From: an uncultured Candidatus Saccharibacteria bacterium
GTDB taxonomy: Bacteria > Patescibacteriota > Minisyncoccia > UBA6257
Length of the DNA: 64,000 nucleotides
Assembly: GCA_964479005.1 (NCBI GenBank)
Contig: CAYZJA010000001.1
Coordinates: 96,001-160,000 of the forward strand
Direction: 5' to 3'
Both the position numbers and the translations under genes were made by a program. Below are positions 59,454 to 64,000 of the stretch, in pieces. Positions within the stretch are counted from its first letter, which is position 1. Each line of letters starts with the position of its first letter. The notes under the pieces are model-generated. The model made no database searches and was not told where the DNA came from. It was given only the letters and a program-made list of their open reading frames with translations.

Positions 59454-60164
59454 ATGGAGAAAGAAAAGTTTGAAGATTTAATAAGCCAGTCCTTAAAAAA
59501 ACTTCCTTATCGGTTCTTAAATAAATTAAAAAATATCGCTATTATAGCGCAAGATAAGCCAAGTGAATTCCAGAGACAACAATTAGGTTATTCTTCCGGC
59601 GGCTCTATTTTGGGCTTGTATGAAGGAGTTCCTCAAATTAAAAGGGGATACTATTATAGAGCAGCGCCAGACAAAATAACTTTATTTCAAAAAAACATTG
59701 AAAGAGCGGCAGGTAATAATGAAGAAAGAATTAAGGAAATTGTGCAAGGAACAGTTTGGCACGAAATAGCTCATCATTTTGGAATGAATGAAGAGGAGAT
59801 TCAAAAGCGAGTTCAAGACAATAAACCATTTTCTCGAAAAAATATGATTACTTTTGACCAATTTGAACAATTAGATTTACGCGTAGCTAAAATTTTAAAA
59901 GCGGAAAAAATAGAAGAAGCAGACGAGCTTCTTATTTTGCATATTGACTTGGGTGCAGAAAAAAGGCAATTAGTTGCCGGTATTGCTAAGGATTATTCTT
60001 TAGAGGAATTAGAGGGCAAAAAAATTATTATTGTGGCTAATTTAGAGCCAAAAAAAATAAAGGGTTATATAAGTCAGGGCATGCTTTTAGCAGTTGATTC
60101 TCCGCAAGGGCCCGTTTTATTAGTTCCAGAAGGTGAAGTATCACCTGGTAGTAAAGTAAGATAA
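59454..60164 (+). CDS. fusion of a zincin-like putative metallopeptidase (DUF1025-like, HExxH) and a C-terminal tRNA-binding OB-fold domain (CsaA/Trbp111/EMAP-like)
   Basis: VWHEIAHHFG; C-terminal LDLRVAKILKAEKIEEADELLILHIDLG...VANLEPKKIKGYISQGMLLAV. Confidence 0.5.
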   Translation: MEKEKFEDLISQSLKKLPYRFLNKLKNIAIIAQDKPSEFQRQQLGYSSGGSILGLYEGVPQIKRGYYYRAAPDKITLFQKNIERAAGNNEERIKEIVQGTVWHEIAHHFGMNEEEIQKRVQDNKPFSRKNMITFDQFEQLDLRVAKILKAEKIEEADELLILHIDLGAEKRQLVAGIAKDYSLEELEGKKIIIVANLEPKKIKGYISQGMLLAVDSPQGPVLLVPEGEVSPGSKVR

Positions 60165-60168
60165 AAAT

Positions 60169-61017
60169 ATGAAAAAACTATATGTTATCAACAGTTTAGG
60201 TATGAAGGAGCCTTTTTCATGGAGAAAGATTTGTAATGGCGCTGAACGAGTTGGCGCTTCAAAAGCATTAGCAAAAGAAATTGCCACTATTATTGAAAGA
60301 GAAGCATATCCTGGAATAACCACAAAAGAGATTTTTCAACGAGTGGAACAAATTTTATCAAAAGAGTGTCCTCGCGGCAGAATTCGTTTTAGATTAAAAG
60401 AAGCAATGAGACGTTTAGGCCCCAGTGGTTTTCCATTTGAAAAATATGTTGGAGGGATTTTAATGCAATTAGGTTTTTCCATTGAACTTAATCGATATGT
60501 TAAAGGGCAATGTGTTCGTCACGAAATTGATTTTTTAGCCAAAGAGGAAAAATATTTTTTAATTGGAGAATGTAAATATCATAGTTTGCCAGGGGGAAGG
60601 GTGGATTTAAAAGTTGGTTTGATTCATTGTGCCCGTTTTTTAGATTTGAAATCAGGTGATTTTTTTGGAAAGATTAAATCAGAAAAACTAAAAATACGAC
60701 CGATTATTGTCACCAATACTAAATTTACAAGCAAAATAATTAAATATGCTGAGTGTGCTGGCATAGATTTATTAGGATGGAAATATCCAGAGCTGAGAGG
60801 ATTAGAGTATGTGATTGAATCAGAAAGATTTTACCCAATTACTATTCTTCCGTCTTTAACTAATAATTTATTAGAAATATTTTATCAGCAAAAATTAATG
60901 TTGGTTCAGGATTTATTAAAGTTAGATGTAATAAAATTTTCAAAAAAGACAAGAATTCCAGAAAAAAAGATATCTGCCATTAAAAGGGAGGCAGAGATAT
61001 TGTTATTAGAAGAGTAG
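60169..61017 (+). CDS. ATP-cone domain fused to an Mrr-like (PD-(D/E)xK) restriction-endonuclease domain
   Basis: N-terminal LYVINSLGMKEPFSWRKI...EIFQRVEQIL (ATP-cone pattern); C-terminal FEKYVGGILMQLGF...HEIDFLA...GECKYH. Confidence 0.45.
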   Translation: MKKLYVINSLGMKEPFSWRKICNGAERVGASKALAKEIATIIEREAYPGITTKEIFQRVEQILSKECPRGRIRFRLKEAMRRLGPSGFPFEKYVGGILMQLGFSIELNRYVKGQCVRHEIDFLAKEEKYFLIGECKYHSLPGGRVDLKVGLIHCARFLDLKSGDFFGKIKSEKLKIRPIIVTNTKFTSKIIKYAECAGIDLLGWKYPELRGLEYVIESERFYPITILPSLTNNLLEIFYQQKLMLVQDLLKLDVIKFSKKTRIPEKKISAIKREAEILLLEE

Positions 61018-61140
61018 TAAAAAAATGCTACTGCCCTTTGAAACTAAATAGCAAGCTATTCAATCTCTCTAGACAGTAGCATTGGTAGTATAGCAAACAT
61101 TTAAGTCTTGTCAAGTCCCATTGTGGATAACTTAAAATTA
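61018..61140 (-). ncRNA. candidate small RNA module, copy 2 (minus strand): TTATCCACA box 61132-61140, -35 TTGACA 61119-61124, -10 TATACT 61097-61102, ~65-nt hairpin RNA ending in a terminator at ~61018-61033
   Basis: 48/49-nt identity of the promoter region with copy 1; stem ATGCTACTG...CAGTAGCAT then T8. Confidence 0.45.
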
Positions 61141-63548
61141 TGATAATTATGAAGAAAAAATATATTTTGTGGTTTAAGGAAATAAATATTAAAGATGTTC
61201 CTATTGTTGGCGGGAAAAATGCTTCATTAGGGGAGATGTATAGGAATTTATCAAAAAAAGGAGTAAATATCCCAAATGGTTTTGCTATTTCTGCTCAGTC
61301 ATATTTCTATTTTTTGAAAAAAGGAAAAATAAAAAAAAGAATTCAAGAGATTTTGTCTGAGTTTAATCCGAAGAGCATTAAGAGTCTTCAAGAAACAGGA
61401 AAGAAAATAAGAAAATTAATTTTAGATATACCATTACCAAAAGATTTGGAAAAAGATATTATTAAAAATTATCAAAAGCTTTGCAAGATGTATAAGCAAG
61501 ATGATTTAGATGTGGCAGTTCGTTCTTCTGCCACAGCCGAGGATCTTCCCTCAGCCAGTTTTGCAGGTCAACATGAAACCTATCTTAATGTAAGAGGAGA
61601 AGAAGAATTACTGAAAGCGGTTAAAAACAGTTATGCGTCTTTATTTACAGATAGGGCAATAATGTATCGTGAGGAAAAAGGATTTAAACACATGGATATT
61701 GGGCTTTCCACTGGAGTCCAAAAAATGGTGCGTTCTGATTTAGCATCTTCTGGAGTTATGTTTACTTTAGATACAGAGACAGGATTTGCTAATGTAGTTT
61801 TAATTAATTCTATTTTTGGAATAGGAGAGATGATAGTAAAAGGGTTGATTACTCCTGACGAATTTTATGTTTTTAAACCAACACTTAAACAAGGATATAA
61901 AGCGATTATTAGAAAAGATTTAGGAAGAAAGACAAAAAAATATATTTATAACAAAAAAGCTGGGCTCAAGGAAATTGCGGTTTCTAAAAAAGATCAATTA
62001 AAATTTTCTCTTTCTGATGACGAAATTCTTACTTTGGCAAAATGGGGAATTATTATTGAAGAGCACTACTCAAAAATTCAAAAAAAATGGATGCCTCAGG
62101 ATATAGAATGGGCAAAAGATGGAAAAACAGGCGAATTATTTATTGTTCAATCAAGGCCAGAAACTGTTCATTCAATTGAAACAAATATTTATAAGGAATA
62201 TAAAATAAAAACCGCTAAAAGACCAATTTTAAATGGCATTGCTATTGGTAATAAAATAGGCGCAGGTAAGATTCATATTATAAAAAACGCTTCAAAACTT
62301 TCAGAATTTAAAAAGGGAGAGATTTTAGTCACCAAGATGACTGATCCTGACTGGACTTCAGTTTTCCCTATGGCTTCAGCTATTATTACTGATGAAGGTG
62401 GTAAAACCTGCCATAGCGCAATAATTTCCAGAGAATTAGGCGTGCCTTGTATTGTAGGGACAAGAAACGCGACAAAAATTCTTAAAAATGGACAGGAAGT
62501 AACTGTAGATTGTACTCAAGGCCTTGATGGAAAGATCTTTAATGGAAAAGTTCCTTTTAAAATTAAAGAATATAATTTTAAAAAATTTCCAAAAATAAAG
62601 ACCAAGATCATGATTAATATCGGCGCTCCTGAAATAGCTTTTGCAACATCATTTCTTCCTAATGATGGAGTAGGTTTAGCCAGAGAGGAATTTATTATTG
62701 CGGAGAAAATCAGGATTCATCCGTTGGCGTTATATCACTACAAAAAACTTAAGTCAAAAGAGGTTATTAAAAAGATTGACGAGATGACTGTGGAACATAA
62801 GGATAAGAAAGAATATTTTATAAAAGAATTAGCAGAAGGAATTGCTCAGATAGCTGCTGCTTTTTATCCAAAAGAAGTAATTGTAAGATTTTCTGATTTT
62901 AAAACCAATGAATATCGCAATCTGATTGGAGGAGAACTTTTTGAACAGGAAGATGAAGCCAATCCAATGCTTGGATTCAGGGGTGCTTCAAGGTATTATG
63001 ATGAAAAATTTAAACCAGCTTTTTTGATGGAGTGTGAAGCGATAAAGCGAACTCGCGATGTTTTTGGTTTAAAGAATATTAAAGTAATGATTCCTTTTTG
63101 TCGGACAGTCGATGAGGGAAAAAAAGTGATTGAATTAATGAAAAAGGCAGGTTTACAAAGAGGGAAAGATGGTTTGAAAATTTATGTAATGTGCGAAATT
63201 CCGTCAAATGTAATTTTAGTAGATCGTTTCAGTGAAATTTTTGATTTTTACTCAATTGGGAGCAACGATCTAACACAACTCATATTAGGAGTTGATCGAG
63301 ATAATGCACATTTAACACAAGTTTTTAATGAAAATGATGATGCAGTAAAAAGAGCTATAGAGGAGTTTATTAAAAAAGTTCATCAATATAAAAAGAAAGT
63401 GAGTATTTGTGGTGAAGCTCCAGCGAGCGTTGAAGGATTTGTAGAATTTCTTATTAAGTGTGGGATAGATTCTATTTCAATAAACCCTGGCTCTGTTATA
63501 AAGACGATGCTTTTAGTAAGTAAAATAGAGAAAAAATTACAAAAATGA
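61140..63548 (+). CDS. ppsA: phosphoenolpyruvate synthase (pyruvate, water dikinase)
   Basis: N-terminal ATP-grasp (VPIVGGKNASLGEM); phospho-His domain GGKTCHSAIISRELGVPCIVG; C-terminal PEP-utilising TIM barrel; 802 aa. Confidence 0.85.
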   Translation: MIIMKKKYILWFKEINIKDVPIVGGKNASLGEMYRNLSKKGVNIPNGFAISAQSYFYFLKKGKIKKRIQEILSEFNPKSIKSLQETGKKIRKLILDIPLPKDLEKDIIKNYQKLCKMYKQDDLDVAVRSSATAEDLPSASFAGQHETYLNVRGEEELLKAVKNSYASLFTDRAIMYREEKGFKHMDIGLSTGVQKMVRSDLASSGVMFTLDTETGFANVVLINSIFGIGEMIVKGLITPDEFYVFKPTLKQGYKAIIRKDLGRKTKKYIYNKKAGLKEIAVSKKDQLKFSLSDDEILTLAKWGIIIEEHYSKIQKKWMPQDIEWAKDGKTGELFIVQSRPETVHSIETNIYKEYKIKTAKRPILNGIAIGNKIGAGKIHIIKNASKLSEFKKGEILVTKMTDPDWTSVFPMASAIITDEGGKTCHSAIISRELGVPCIVGTRNATKILKNGQEVTVDCTQGLDGKIFNGKVPFKIKEYNFKKFPKIKTKIMINIGAPEIAFATSFLPNDGVGLAREEFIIAEKIRIHPLALYHYKKLKSKEVIKKIDEMTVEHKDKKEYFIKELAEGIAQIAAAFYPKEVIVRFSDFKTNEYRNLIGGELFEQEDEANPMLGFRGASRYYDEKFKPAFLMECEAIKRTRDVFGLKNIKVMIPFCRTVDEGKKVIELMKKAGLQRGKDGLKIYVMCEIPSNVILVDRFSEIFDFYSIGSNDLTQLILGVDRDNAHLTQVFNENDDAVKRAIEEFIKKVHQYKKKVSICGEAPASVEGFVEFLIKCGIDSISINPGSVIKTMLLVSKIEKKLQK

Positions 63549-64000
63549 GACACTTTCATTTAATAGATTTACCTTCGGATTTAGTTTTTGTTTATTTAGA
63601 AGATGAATTTCGGAAACAATTTTTGGAAACAGCCAGGCAAGCTTTTAGAAGTTTTAAAAAATTAGGAGAGTTTGTTGGTTATACAAGGACAGGGATTATA
63701 GAAACTTTTAGAGTTAAAAATAGATTTACAAAATTATCAACCGTAATAAAATTAGCAAATTTTCTTTCTCGAGAAGGGTTTCAAGGCTTTAGCCTTAATG
63801 AAGTGGAAAAGAAAATCATTGCTTATCGAGGAATTGGAACGAGTTTAATTATCAAAAATTCATATTTTTCTCTGAAAGAAGATGAAAGAATGATTAGAAT
63901 ATTTTTTCATTTATTAGGTGATGGATATGGTGGAAAATATGGTGCAGGTAAACCTTTTTATCGAAACTACGCGAAAGAATTGTTGAATGAATTTGGGGAA
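63545..64000 (+). CDS. hypothetical protein, 3' partial (open to the window end); ATGA overlap with the ppsA stop
   Basis: Frame open from ATG 63545 to position 64000; contains FFHLLGDGYGG, faintly LAGLIDADG-like. Confidence 0.35.
   Translation, partial: MRHFHLIDLPSDLVFVYLEDEFRKQFLETARQAFRSFKKLGEFVGYTRTGIIETFRVKNRFTKLSTVIKLANFLSREGFQGFSLNEVEKKIIAYRGIGTSLIIKNSYFSLKEDERMIRIFFHLLGDGYGGKYGAGKPFYRNYAKELLNEFGE

Noticed and set aside
63545-64000. LAGLIDADG homing endonuclease call for the truncated terminal ORF
   Set aside because: Only a weak LLGDGYGG resemblance at an atypical position (~residue 130). The gene is left as hypothetical.
1-64000. Alternative genetic code (UGA recoding, as in some CPR lineages)
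   Set aside because: Multiple conserved genes terminate at TGA in ATGA start-stop overlaps (rplW/rplB, GT2/GH, ppsA/next ORF), and the protein lengths fit standard code 11.
1-64000. CRISPR array or cas genes
   Set aside because: No regularly spaced direct repeats with unique spacers were found. The tandem repeats present (12045-12168, 19399-19430) have no spacers.

Overview
AT-rich (~30% GC) bacterial window with the hallmarks of a Candidate Phyla Radiation (Patescibacteria)-type genome: small genes, Lys-rich ribosomal-protein extensions, and no rpmD (L30) between rpsE and rplO. Layout: (1) 1-2.6 kb: 5'-truncated AMP/thymidine phosphorylase family gene, a small membrane protein, an M50 site-2 protease. 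(2) 2.6-19 kb: the str/S10/spc ribosomal supercluster (rpsL-rpsG-fusA-tuf-rpsJ-rplCDWB-rpsS-rplV-rpsC-rplP-rpmC-rpsQ-rplNXE-rpsZ-rpsH-rplFR-rpsE-rplO-secY-adk-map). It ends abruptly after map in a ~1 kb low-coding gap holding a ~190-nt imperfect palindrome and three tiny strong-SD ORFs. (3) 19.9-31 kb: housekeeping genes (tpiA, pgk, DHH phosphoesterase, rnhA, minus-strand RNase P RNA, murJ, lepA). (4) 31.1-33.9 kb: a tRNA-Gly(CCC) gene split in its anticodon loop by a ~135-bp insert that carries a second complete tRNA-Gly(CCC) between 21-bp inverted repeats, then a small defence/TA-like islet (GIY-YIG, HTH+Panacea-like antitoxin, RelE/ParE-like toxin, two RNxxxH HEPN-like proteins). (5) 33.9-38.5 kb: minus-strand iscS-iscU-mnmA, tRNA-Thr, rplJ-rplL, tRNA-Val. 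(6) 38.9-61.1 kb: an accessory block bounded by two inverted copies of a promoter-~65-nt hairpin RNA-terminator module. It contains an exopolysaccharide module (processive GT2 synthase + clan GH-A-like hydrolase), a GC-richer cluster of paralogous giant secreted cell-surface proteins (Myxococcus-type Cys-rich repeats, peptidoglycan-binding domain, DUF11 repeats, a novel ~60-aa TGDN/NTN repeat family, C-terminal TM anchors), small Cys-proteins, an SSS transporter, a class II Fic, ychF, acyP, a zincin+tRNA-binding fusion and an ATP-cone+Mrr-like nuclease. (7) 61.1-64 kb: ppsA and a 3'-truncated ORF. No CRISPR array seen. All family assignments are by eye from motifs; no database searches were possible.
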